NCBI GenBank assembly: GCA_020536535.1
Contig: JAHLWZ010000829.1
Span: 32,242 to 96,241, forward strand
Direction of reading: 5' to 3'
DNA length: 64,000 nt
From: Pelomyxa schiedti
Lineage: Eukaryota; Protista; Evosea
Positions 51,050-61,879 of this stretch are shown in pieces. Position 1 is the stretch's first letter. Every line of letters starts with the position of its first letter. Both the position numbers and the translations under genes were made by a program. The notes under the pieces are model-generated. The model was not told the DNA's origin, ran no database searches, and saw only the letters and a list, made by a program, of their open reading frames with translations.

Positions 51050-52272
51050 TTAGTTCTGGGTGGGCTGTTGGGCTGAACAACCCACTCCCGTTTGGTCCCA
51101 GACATCCAACCTCTCCCTATCCATGCCTTCATAAACGCGATTGGCGCGGGTCTCCCAGCGCACTCCCTTGCCACTATTGGAATTGGAAGCGGAAATACCG
51201 CCGGTGGTTTCATCAGCCACGACATACTTGTACTCGAAGCGGGCGCCTCGAACAGGAACAGTGATTCTCCATATGTTCCCGTCGGTCCACTCCATCTTGT
51301 TGCCGTCGGTAATCTCCCACCCTCCAACGTGTTTGCTGCTGCCCACGAGGTGAAGCTGTTGGCCAAACCTGGAGTATGAATTAGAAACACCCATCGGGGA
51401 GAGAATTATTTGGGCATACTTGGTAGTAAAGTGGATGGAGAATGTCACTGCCAGGAGGCGCCTCCCATAATTGATCAGTTGGTGTCTGAATCCCACGTTG
51501 GGGCATATGATAGGGCGGCACCGATGCACCATTCTGAAAGCGGTGGCAAAGTCCAGGCAGCGAGTGCTCATCACATATGCTATGACAATAGAGGCACTTC
51601 TTGAAATGCCATACACACAGTGGACAAGCACATTCCCTACTCTACGGCCAGCTTCGATGAAGGCATTTGTTTGGTTGAAGTACTGGGAAATGTTTTGGTC
51701 CGCGCGGTCATCAATGCTGGGAAGAAAATTAATAACCAAGGCCATAAACCTCACACTTCACTTTCAAATAACACACCACACACAACTACCAAACCAAAAC
51801 AAAGTAAAAGCAAAGCACATCACATCACACACATGCACCAGATGCAAACAAAAGGGAGGGTTCAGGGAAAAAAAAAAAAAAAGATTGACGGTACATACTC
51901 GACAACAAGGCACTTCACGTTTGGCGGGAACAAGTCCCTGTACACCGTGAAGTCGGGCACGTTCGTGACCGTGACCACGTGGGTGATGTTGAGCCTCGCG
52001 AGGGTCATCTTCGTGTAGGCGTCCTTCTCGTCGCCCAGGTAGAGCTGGTCCATGACCAAGTCGGGCGCGGGGCGCTGCGGCACGCCGAGGCAGGCCGCCG
52101 ACTGCGCGTCGAACAGGAGCGGCGGGGCCGCGGCGGCCGGCGGCGGCGGCGGCGAGCACTCGGGGTGCAGCTGCAGCGGGCGAGGCGGGCACGAGGACAG
52201 CGGCGTGAGGTCGGGCGCCAGGGGCGTGTACGAGTCGACGTCGTAGTTGTAGGTGTAGTTGATGTCGTTCAT
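51050..52272 (-). CDS. Dual-specificity phosphatase fused to a C-terminal CBM20 starch/glycogen-binding module
   Basis: DSP: LYLGDE, SIDD, VLVHCVYGISRSAS, PNVGFRHQL. CBM20: VTFSIHFTTK|FGQQLHLVGS..GGWE..KMEWTDGNIW..FEYKYVV..VRWETRANR. Confidence 0.88.
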
Positions 52273-52965
52273 TTGTGGGAGTGTGCTTGGCTGGCTGCTG
52301 GTGGTGGCGGTTGGGGGTTGGTTGTTGTTTGTTGTGTGGGGGTTGGGGGTGTGGGGTGTGGGGTGTGTTCTGGTGACAAGTCTACGTGTATCCGGCGCGT
52401 TTAGATATTCGTTTTTTTTTAATTCTTTTTTTCCCTTGTTTTTATCAGATGTGCGTGGCCTGTCTTAGAAGCCCAAGTGATTCCCCCAATGTGGTGTGTT
52501 CGTTTTTGATGTACAGAGAATTTCATGTAAGTGCACTGCAAACTGTTGTGGGCTAGCCTGCCCTCTGTTCTCGTCCGGGGAGCAACAATTGGCCCCGGGT
52601 TGATGTGGATCACCGAGAATGGAACGCTGTTAGGGAACCCGGGGGCAGGGACGGGAGAGAAATGACTTTTCGCAAGATTGGGCTAGACCAGTTCACATTC
52701 ATCCTTACGTGAAAAGTCACTGGAACCAGCCCTTAGCGTAACCGGCCCTCAATTTTTTGTCATCACCGAAGTGCATTCGGCCGTGTTTTGTTGAAAGACC
52801 TCTTCCTGACTTTTTTTTTATTGCCCGTTCGCTTACCAGGTTTCGCCCATTTTCTCTAGAGGGTATTAAAGCGAAGCAAAAAAAATAAACAAGAACAACA
52901 AACAAAATACCCAAACTACAAGCAAGACTTAACCAAAGACACCTATAACAACTCTTATAAAAACA

Positions 52966-53430
52966 ATGGAAGACTCAGTCGCCTCACTAGTTCGAAACCG
53001 AATAAGCCAGAACATTGCCGACGAGGACTCTTCATCATCCCTATTCGCGGCGCCCCACGCACCAGCGCTTCCTCTCGAAAAACTGCTGGTACGGTTTACT
53101 CACTACTGGTCAGTACCCACAGAGGCCCTCGTCATGGCCTGTGTCATACTCGACAGAGCGAGAAATTCCAAGTCGGCCCCGAGACTTACCCTCACACCAA
53201 AAACTGCCCACAAGGCCCTTACAGCCGCCGTCGTAGTAGCTACCAAATTCATCCTTGATGACTTTGAGAAGCACTCGGGGATAGCGATGGCGGCCGGAAT
53301 TCGGCCCCAGACTCTCACGTCACTCGAGATGGAGCTACTTAGACTGGTCGACTTCAATGTATTCACTGACAGCTCCACATGGAATTCCTACATTTCCGAA
53401 TTGGAGTCTTTAGCGCCAGCTTCTGTGTGA
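52966..53430 (+). CDS. PHO80/P-type (cyclin U-like) cyclin
   Basis: Intronless 154-aa ORF: LVMACVILDR..AHKALTAAVVVATKFILDD..LEMELLRLVDFNV. Confidence 0.85.
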   Translation: MEDSVASLVRNRISQNIADEDSSSSLFAAPHAPALPLEKLLVRFTHYWSVPTEALVMACVILDRARNSKSAPRLTLTPKTAHKALTAAVVVATKFILDDFEKHSGIAMAAGIRPQTLTSLEMELLRLVDFNVFTDSSTWNSYISELESLAPASV

Positions 53431-53643
53431 ATAATTACGGACCTGCACCCTCTTCTTGGCACATCCAATTTGCACAATTGCCCAAACGGAGGGCAATTTG
53501 TTGTCCTAGTATCCAGTCTTCAAAGCTTTGAAGGGCACTTCCAAGCTTCCAAAGAAACAAACAAAATCCTGTTGTGTACAATAATAGAAAGAAAGCCAGG
53601 CCTTTTCTTTCCAACATTCCTCTTATTCCTTTCTTTTGCTCTT

Positions 53644-53743
53644 NNNNNNNNNNNNNNNNNNNNNNNNNNNNNNNNNNNNNNNNNNNNNNNNNNNNNNNNN
53701 NNNNNNNNNNNNNNNNNNNNNNNNNNNNNNNNNNNNNNNNNNN
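53644..53743. other. Scaffold gap (100 N) with ~120-bp sequence duplicated on both sides
   Basis: 53523-53643 is repeated at 53744-53864. Confidence 0.95.
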
Positions 53744-53982
53744 AAGCTTTGAAGGGCACTTCCAAGCTTCCAAAGAAACAAACAAAATCCTGTTGTGTAC
53801 AATAATAGAAAGAAAGCCAGGCCTTTTCTTTCCAACATTCCTCTTATTCCTTTCTTTTGCTCTTGAACGGCACGTGGTGGACTTCGTCTGTGTAAACAAG
53901 GGTTCCGCGAAAGGGAAATCTACGATCGTCAAAAAAGAGGAACAACGAAAGAATTAAAAAAAAAAAGTAAAAAAAACGCAAA

Positions 53983-55008
53983 ATGGGTGCGGATAACGTT
54001 AAGATGTCCAAGAAGGAACTCAATGAGTACCGAACCAAATACGAAAGTACGTGTTACGAAACTATCCAACGTTGGCTTGTCAATGACGTCTCCTGTTTTT
54101 TTCTCTGTTAGTTCCACAGGACAAATTCGCTGTCATTGTCAAGAATTTCAAAAAACACGCCACGGCTGATGGTCGTATTACGCGCGATGCGTTTAAGAAA
54201 ATTTTGGGAGGCGTTATGCACGATGCTTTGGCAGAACAGGTCTGTTAGTATTACAGTTATTCACCGAAGATATTCATAGTTAAAAATATATATAATATTA
54301 TATGAACATGCAATATTGTCATTGTTGACTCGATTGTTAGGTGTTCGATTCGTTTGATGCTGATGGAAATGGGTATACATATCTCTGTATCAACTTGTAT
54401 CACAACTGACTGAACAAGTTACATGGACCTGCGAGAATATCTTGCTATGATGGGTGTTACCCATGGTGGTAATTTAGACCAGAAGCTCAATGGTAAGAGG
54501 AATATTGTCAGTCTCATTCAATTAACTTCGAACACCAACCCACAGCTTCCTTCGACTTATTTGACAAAGTATGACTTTGGTAATGTTCATGATTCAATTC
54601 TAACAGCAAGGGATAAATTAAAGGATGGCAATGGGACTCTATCCAGAGATGAAGTGAAAGGAATGTTTGTACTTATTATAAAACAGGTTAAATTCCAGAA
54701 GCATGCGTCGTCTCTTAATACAAAAATAAAGAAAAGGGCTGCCGCAGGACAAAGCCAAAATGAACCTCTGGATGAGAAGAGCATGCAAACCATTCAAGGA
54801 ATTGTGGATACTGTTTTTGATCGTGTTGATACCGATCGGGTTTGTGCCTTCATGTGTTAGTAATATCGTTTTCACCTTTAGCAGAGTGGTGCCATTGATA
54901 GACAAGAATTTATCGCCGGTATTGACCCCCTCTCACCCTCCTTGCATTAAAACTTGCGTAGGCTTCCGAGATCACCCTGAAATTTGTGGATTTTTCAAAC
55001 AGTTCTAA
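53983..55008 (+). CDS. NCS-1/frequenin-like EF-hand calcium sensor
   Basis: MG start. EF hands FDADGNGYMDLRE, FDKDGNGTLSRDE and VDTDRSGAIDRQEF; end GFRDHPEICGFFKQF*. Confidence 0.85.
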
Positions 55009-55139
55009 TTTTATCAAGTAAATACTATGTATGGATTTCTCGTAGCACTCCCTCCTTTTGGAGTTCGTTCTTGAAAGCAACAACACTTCTACATCGAAAT
55101 GGCACCAGTTCTTTTGGGAAAAAAAAACTCTTTACATTT

Positions 55140-55964
55140 TTATTGCCAAGTGATTGTGAGTTTCTCTGCTATGTCGGTGCAATTTTTAAGCAACATCTGT
55201 TTACAGTTATTGGAGGGAAATGCGGAAGAAGTACTACCTGTTTGAATTCGTCGTAGGAAATTCTTCCATCACCACTTCGATTGGCTTGCAAGATTGTCCT
55301 GTCCACAACCTGTTGCAAGTCTGTATCGGGGATGTCTTGCAGTATCAGCTGCAGTACACGGAATAATTCCGCATTTGAAATGTAACCATCTCTGTCTTCA
55401 TCGAAGACTTGGAAGGCAACTGTGTTGAAGTTGAGTGACTGACACAAGTTGAATTGACGGTAGGTACATCGCAGTTTAGCATCCTCCGAGGCAGGTGATA
55501 TGTCAGACAGAATGGAGAGAGCAGCTACGAAATCAGCGAAGTGTGTTTCTGTATAAAAAGAAAGAGGGAGAGTGGTGTATTTAACGCGAAGGAACAATCT
55601 GGTGTGCTAGTTTCTTGTTGGTTGTGTTAATGTCAGTGTTACTACAGAAAGAGGAAATACCAGGGGAGCCAAACATGTTATACAACCTCAGAACGAGGGG
55701 TTTCAGGCGTGCCCTATCTGGTGATATTTGTCTTTCACCTGTTCCCAATTGCTCAAACTTAACAAACAGTCTCCTCAGCTCCTGCTCAGAAACTAAAGAA
55801 AAGCGAGAGGAAACGTCAACTAAATTTGGCACGGACATAACACGGGGAAAAAAAAAGTGCGAAAAATAAAAAAAAAAAAAGAAAAGAGAGCAAAGGCTAC
55901 ACGCAGTGGTAGTCAGCATTGTATCAATGTCATTTTGTCTCAATTTCGCTGCTGTACCCCCCAT
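55140..55964 (-). CDS. Calcineurin B-like EF-hand protein
   Basis: MGGTAAKL start, EQELRRLFVKF, FADFVAALS, FAFQVFDEDRDGYISNAELFRVL, DLQQVVDRTILQANRSGDGRISYDEF. Confidence 0.85.
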
Positions 55965-56391
55965 CTCACTCCGCGTTCAAATGATTTTTTTCTTTCGTTT
56001 GAAATAAACCAAAAGAAACATCAACGTGGGGTAACATTTTTGGGAGATCACACCCCTGCCTTCAAACTTTCCAGAGCTCCCTCTTACCTGTGGGCACAGT
56101 GGATTTCAAGGTTGCGGTTCCTCCTGCGTTGTTGAACCTGGAAGATTCCGTTTTGTTCTCGGGGAATTTGGTCTTTCCAGGAAGACAATTTGGAGGTCAA
56201 ACAACGAAGAGACAGAGACAAGCGCGTCAGCTGCTCATAAGTCGTCGATGCGCTCGTGTTCTCAGGGGGGCTGGCTATGCACCCGTCGTGGTCGCTGCGC
56301 CCAGAGAGCTCCTACATTGCAGCCCAGAGGTCAGCCTCCTATGCCCCCTGATCTACTGTCGGTGGTTGTGGTGTTGGTGTTGGCACAGGAG

Positions 56392-56491
56392 NNNNNNNNN
56401 NNNNNNNNNNNNNNNNNNNNNNNNNNNNNNNNNNNNNNNNNNNNNNNNNNNNNNNNNNNNNNNNNNNNNNNNNNNNNNNNNNNNNNNNNNN
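56392..56491. other. Scaffold gap (100 N) with ~120-bp sequence duplicated on both sides
   Basis: 56272-56391 is repeated at 56492-56611. Confidence 0.95.
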
Positions 56492-57287
56492 CTGGCTATG
56501 CACCCGTCGTGGTCGCTGCGCCCAGAGAGCTCCTACATTGCAGCCCAGAGGTCAGCCTCCTATGCCCCCTGATCTACTGTCGGTGGTTGTGGTGTTGGTG
56601 TTGGCACAGGAGTCGAGGCCAGTGGCGATGGTGATTACAGCTCGCACTGCACGCATCAAACTCCAAGGGGACATAGCCATAGGTCAGCTGGAACCCCCAT
56701 AATGGCGATGCCAATTGGCAGGTGGCATAATTACGCGATTGCTCTCTTTTTCCCTGCTGGCGCAACAAGCAAGCATGGATACAGACCACAAATCTATGAA
56801 GGACATGGTATGGGGTGCGTAGTGGGAGTGATCCCATAGGTAGCCAGACAAGGAAGGAAAGCAATTCAATTGGGGGCTATCAGTGAGGCTCTGGAGTCCT
56901 TGCCAATCCGTTATCTACATCAACCACGCTTTTTTTTGAGGCATGTCATCTCTTGCCGATGCGAGCTGATGTTGGAAGCACTTTGCCAGTTGGGAGGCAT
57001 TATGTTCAGATCACCACCAAAGTGTGTCTGCATTCAGTGTGGAGGAGCTCAAAGATGATTGAAAAAGGCGGCCATGACACCTTTGTTGTGTAGGACAAAT
57101 ATGCATCTCTATTACTTCTGGGAAAATTTTCCGAACATGGATTTGACCAACATGAATGCGGACCAATACAGGGACAATATTTACTCCTTTTCTTTTATTG
57201 TGAAAAAAGATTGCACTGAATCAAGTTGTTTAGACATAGAGCAGAGACTCTGTCTTTTATTTAGTAGTTGAAATTGCATTCCAATTT

Positions 57288-58369
57288 TCAAGCCCATTTG
57301 ATTGGAATTCTGGAACCACACCCTGTTTTGCATGGCACTAGACCAGCATTCGTAAGTGCAACCTCTGCGCGCTCACTGGTACAGTGAAGGGGATAGACAA
57401 ATGTCAAGTTCTTGATACAGTAGCTCACTACCTCTGATATCTGCTCGTCAGAGGCATATCCGAGGTGAAGGCCCCCAATAACCCCCACAACGTTGAAGCC
57501 GTTCTGTCGGGCATATTCCACGTCATTAATTAGCCCGGAATGCCCGCATCCTTGGGAGTGTAAGAAAGAGTGTAGTGCCCCCGGCATGGTTACCTGTAAT
57601 TAGAATGCACTGTGAGGGTTTCGCTGATCCTGGTGTTCTTTCCACAATAACAAACATATCATCATCCACATGATCGGGGACTGCCATTTCCTTGCCGGTG
57701 ATGACTTCCATCTTGCGGTGAGTTGGTGACAAGTGCTCCTTGACTCCTGGAATTCTTGGCACTGTACCGGAGACATATATTCCTGGCATCACTTGCGTGA
57801 ATGTACTGACAAGGTGAGTGTGAGGGAAAGTCTTTGCGGCCTGTCTGCACTCCTCTGGTATTGTAAGGGTCCTCGTAATTGCATTTTCAGAATCTGAACC
57901 ATTATATATTAGAAATTTAGATATTTTTTACTGATTAAGAGCTCCCTACCTACGGCATAACGATTAATAAATGCTCCAGAGTGAATCCACACAGGAACTC
58001 CAGCTTGGCAAATAACCCCCAGACCTCCCGTGTGGTCATCGTGGCCATGTGATACCAAGGCTGATATATTTATTATCTGTAAGAGATTCCCTTCTACAGA
58101 AGAATAACTATACCAGCTTCAACAGTACTCAAGTCAACACCCAATGCATTCATATTATTCAAGAACACTTCTTTCGAAGTGCATGAATCCAGTAGTATTC
58201 TCCTCGTAACGCCATCACCCTAGAAAGACGTGTCGTGTCCACAAAACGGCAAATAACTGGATACCCTATTGACGTGAATCAACACTGATAGCCCTCTGTC
58301 TGTCCTCATGTCACTCCTTGTTGTTGTTGCATCCACCACAACCACTACTTCCACTTCACTTGTGGCCAT
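57288..58369 (-). CDS. MBL-fold metallo-hydrolase, prokaryotic COG1237-like (dihydropterin synthase-like) family
   Basis: RGLSVLI, ILLDS..FLNNMNALGVDL, VSHGHDDHTGGL, DDMFVIV, ITG|CGHSGLIN, IGGLHL, PLHCT. Several spliceosomal introns. Confidence 0.85.
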
Positions 58370-58467
58370 TTGGGAACCAATATCGTTCAGAATTAAAAAT
58401 CAAAAGTATTTTTAAAAAGGCAACATAATGAATCTAATTAGATTGGCAGTGGGTGATTTCGTGGTGT

Positions 58468-60200
58468 TTAGGGCTGTTGTGTGGATTTGTTATGGTCGTC
58501 CACTACTTGGCGTGGGTAGTGCCACTTGAGGAATAGCATGGCTACAAAAACAACAGCGCCTGTGGCAGTGACGGCCCAGTTGAGCCATGCTGGTGATTCC
58601 TGTACGCTCTGCATGTCTCCCACCAGCAGGAACACAAGGCAGGCCACGTTGTTGAGTAGTACTAGTATTCCGCAGGACGTCGATTCGGTGACCGGGAATG
58701 TGATGTCCACGGCTAGCTCGTATACCACCGGAGTGACAACGTTGATAGTGGCGATGATGCAAATGCTTAGCATGTACATGGCTGGTAACCAGTTGGGTAT
58801 GACACCGCTGACAATAAGACAGAATAGGAGCATGGAAACAGTAAACCCCGCATACAGGCTCAGGTAAACTGGTTTTACTTTTCGGTGGCACCAATCTGAA
58901 ATTCTGCCTGCAATAGGTGCTACAAGCATAGCTCCAATAGCACCACAGCAACCCATTCTGCCAACCTATAGAGTGCTCAGCTCTACTTGTCAAGATGGCT
59001 TCCTACAAACCTGTACTTGGGTGTAGCCAAGTGGTTCCAGAAGGGGAACAAGAACAGCCTGCCATCCGGCTACGACTCCACTTGTAACACCATAAGCCAT
59101 GGCAACTACATCAAATGCAGGTATCTTTATTATGTGAAGAATGTCCTTCCAGAATCGCACAAGCTTCTGCTTTCGTTCTGCGCTTGCATTGAAATGTGGG
59201 GAAGATAGAAGTGGGTCTCCTTCTGCTGATCCATGACCGCCACTTGGTATAATAGGAACCACATCATCCTGTTGGATTGTTGGGCCGGAAATGTTCGTGC
59301 CACCCCCAAGGGATGGTATGGGTGGAGGCGGCGGTTTTGCAGGGAAGTATACAATAACCATAAGAAATATGGCTATCGAAACAACTGCCTCTCCTCTGAG
59401 TAGCGGGTACACTTGAGAAGATTCTGTCAAGAAAATGGAGGTACCAAAGCCAACTAATGTCCCTAAATTCATTGACTGCGTTATTATTGCAGTACTCAGT
59501 GTGCGCTGAGACAGAGGAAACCACACTGCAGATATTAGTGGCGGAGCACCCATAACGATAGGACCCTAAAAAAGGGTGAGTCGTTCATTGCAAGGAGGTG
59601 ACTCACAGCAGCAGCATTAAAAATCTGACCTAGGTGAACAAGCCACACTGCAGCTGGAGGATCATCAGTGATGCACCGTACAATCCCACCAACTGAGGTA
59701 TTGGTAAGTTGTTAATCACAAAAGTTATTTTTATTTGTAGAAAAAAACGAGATGAAGTAAAATAAGGCAAGCAAAGGCATTAGGAGACCTAGGGATACCA
59801 GCAACCAGTGCGGAGCCGAGCAGTGTTGTCCAACGCAGGCCAATCGTGTCCAAAAGCCAGGAAGACACAAAAATCATTGGAATGAACACGATGGGTCCCC
59901 AAGCAGCCAACAAGTTAATATCTGAAGTGTGGTTGAAAAGGCACGAGAAAATTGAGAGTACGACTCATTTAAAAAACAAAAAAAAAAGGTAAGAAGAGAA
60001 ACCCAAAAGGTACCTATGGTGTACAACTCCTCTACGAGTGAAGAAATCGGCCCAAAGGTGATCCATTGGTTGCACTGTTGTGCATACAACAGAGAAAATA
60101 CAAACAAGATCCACCATCTACGGTGGTAGTACTTGATCGCTTCTGGTGCCGGAGATCCTGCCTCCTTCTCTGCTGTTACAGGTCCCGTGCCATTGTCCAT
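58468..60200 (-). CDS. MFS transporter, SLC49/FLVCR-DIRC2-like
   Basis: YHRRWWILFVFSL..QCNQWITFGPI, WLLDTIGLR, GQILNA..PPLISAVWFP..RTLSTAI, PVVYELAVDITFPVTESTSCG. Confidence 0.9.
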
Positions 60201-60474
60201 GATTGTGGTCTGATTTTTTTTCTTTTCCCTTTCTTCCGCAAAAAGGTGCGTAAAAAGACCTTTTTGCGAACGAAAATTGTGAGGAAACAGATCTTCTTTT
60301 TCCTTTCTTTCAACTGATCAAGCAACCCCACAGACCATCATCTGCGATGGGACCACTCTCAAGTTCCCATAATGAAGACGCACCTGCCAGAGGCCTTGTT
60401 CCTCAGGGGACAATACACACTTCCATCGCTCATGAGACTACCAGTCCCTTGTGGGATCTATTCTATAGAATAGA

Positions 60475-61716
60475 ATGAGGGTGACGGTTGGGCTGGTATT
60501 GGCCTGGACCACGGTTTGTTGTTGGGCCACAGTGACATACTTGGACAACGGAATTGTGAGGGTGGGTGTCGATGACTCGTACGGTATTGTACTTATGGGA
60601 AGGGGCTAACCCAAGACAACTCTTTGGTGGTTAACAATCTCTTTTTTTTACTTTTGTGTTTATTAGGAGGAGCAATCACATTCTTCTCTGACTCTAAGAA
60701 TGGAATCAACATGATAAACTGTTATGACAAAGGACGTGAGGTACAAATGTCTTACTATGCTGGACCAATTCCTTATGATGGCTGCTATTGGTCTGATTCA
60801 CCTTGGCCCTGGAATCCAATAGAATCGGGGGATGCTTATGGGCACTCCTCTGCTGGTCTGTTATTAAACCTCTAGATAGAATTAGAATTGGCTTTCTGGT
60901 GTTCCACACTAATATGACACTTCAGTATCCACAATTACAAACGATGGAACCACAATTTACGTTAAGAGTACCCCTTTGCAATGGGCATGCAACAAAGTAC
61001 GGGGAACTACAGTAGTTATGATGTAATAAATGCACTGCAGGTGTATTGCGAGTGTGCTTTTGAGAAATGGGTAACCCTTCCCAGCGGCACAAGTTACATC
61101 GAAGTTCACAACAAATTGACAAATTGGAGGTTTAGGCTTTTTCCTCACCCTGCACTAACACAATTCTCAGAAATGATACCACCGATTACGGAATGATGGA
61201 CCAGGAGTCACCAGCAGTGTATAGCGTTGGCACGGCCTACAAGCTGTATACATATCAGGGAGGAGCACCCTGGACCAATGATACCCTATCTCAGGTATCA
61301 AACAGCGGTCCTCCATGGGCATACTTTACTGGTATTAATTTTTCACAATTCACCTCTACTCATTGCTCTTCAGCAACTGAGAGCTGGGCAGCCCAAGTAA
61401 CTGACACTAACTTTGCATTGGGAATTTACAATCCTGTCACTACCTCCTTCTGTGGAGGTTTTTCCGGAACTCCCAACAAGGTTCAGCCACCACACAAACT
61501 ATCCTCCCTATCTGGAGTTCTTCCTACCATTTCCAACAACAAAAAACAAACCAAAAAAAGGGAGGACCCAGTGATCCCAGTACAGGGTACATTGCCCCTC
61601 TCCAAACTGCTGATCTTGTGTACAATGTGGTCTATGAGTATGACTTTTGGCTTATTCTAGGCAATCTCCCAGACGTTCGTTCCATTGTCTATGCCCTGCA
61701 CAAATCCGGAAAATAG
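60475..61716 (+). CDS. Secreted protein of an uncharacterised bacterial-type family
   Basis: Signal peptide MRVTVGLVLAWTTVCCWA. Motifs YLDNGIVRVGVD..GGAITF..NMINCYDKGREVQMSYYAGP..WPWNPIESGD, QESPAVY, ATESWAA, TGYIAP. Spliced, phase-consistent last exon. Confidence 0.75.
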
Positions 61717-61879
61717 TTTGGCACCACTGCCGCCAAGTTGTGCTAAAAAACATCAACCCCAAAATCCACAGAGTACCTCAGAACCATCTCCTGACTCAGA
61801 AGAGAAAAAAAATAAAAAAACCCACCATCAGAAACCCAGGCCGCGTAATTTTTACTTTGAAACGTTAAAGAAGGTGACG

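Noticed and set aside
52642-52698. Short inverted repeat TGACTTTTC..GAAAAGTCA in the DSP/cyclin intergenic region
   Set aside because: Only 9 bp of perfect pairing, which is within chance expectation.
53523-53864. Apparent 120-bp direct repeat, and ORFs containing X runs
   Set aside because: The copies flank a 100-N gap exactly, so these are overlapping contig ends rather than a biological repeat.
56272-56611. Second apparent 120-bp direct repeat
   Set aside because: Same gap-flanking artifact.
56090-57271. Several short ORFs; VDALVFSGG looked like a DJ-1/peptidase C26 motif; strong minus-strand donor at 56087
   Set aside because: No consistent spliced frame or downstream catalytic motifs. 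It may be a decayed gene or a 5' UTR intron of the calcineurin B-like gene, and it is confounded by the gap.
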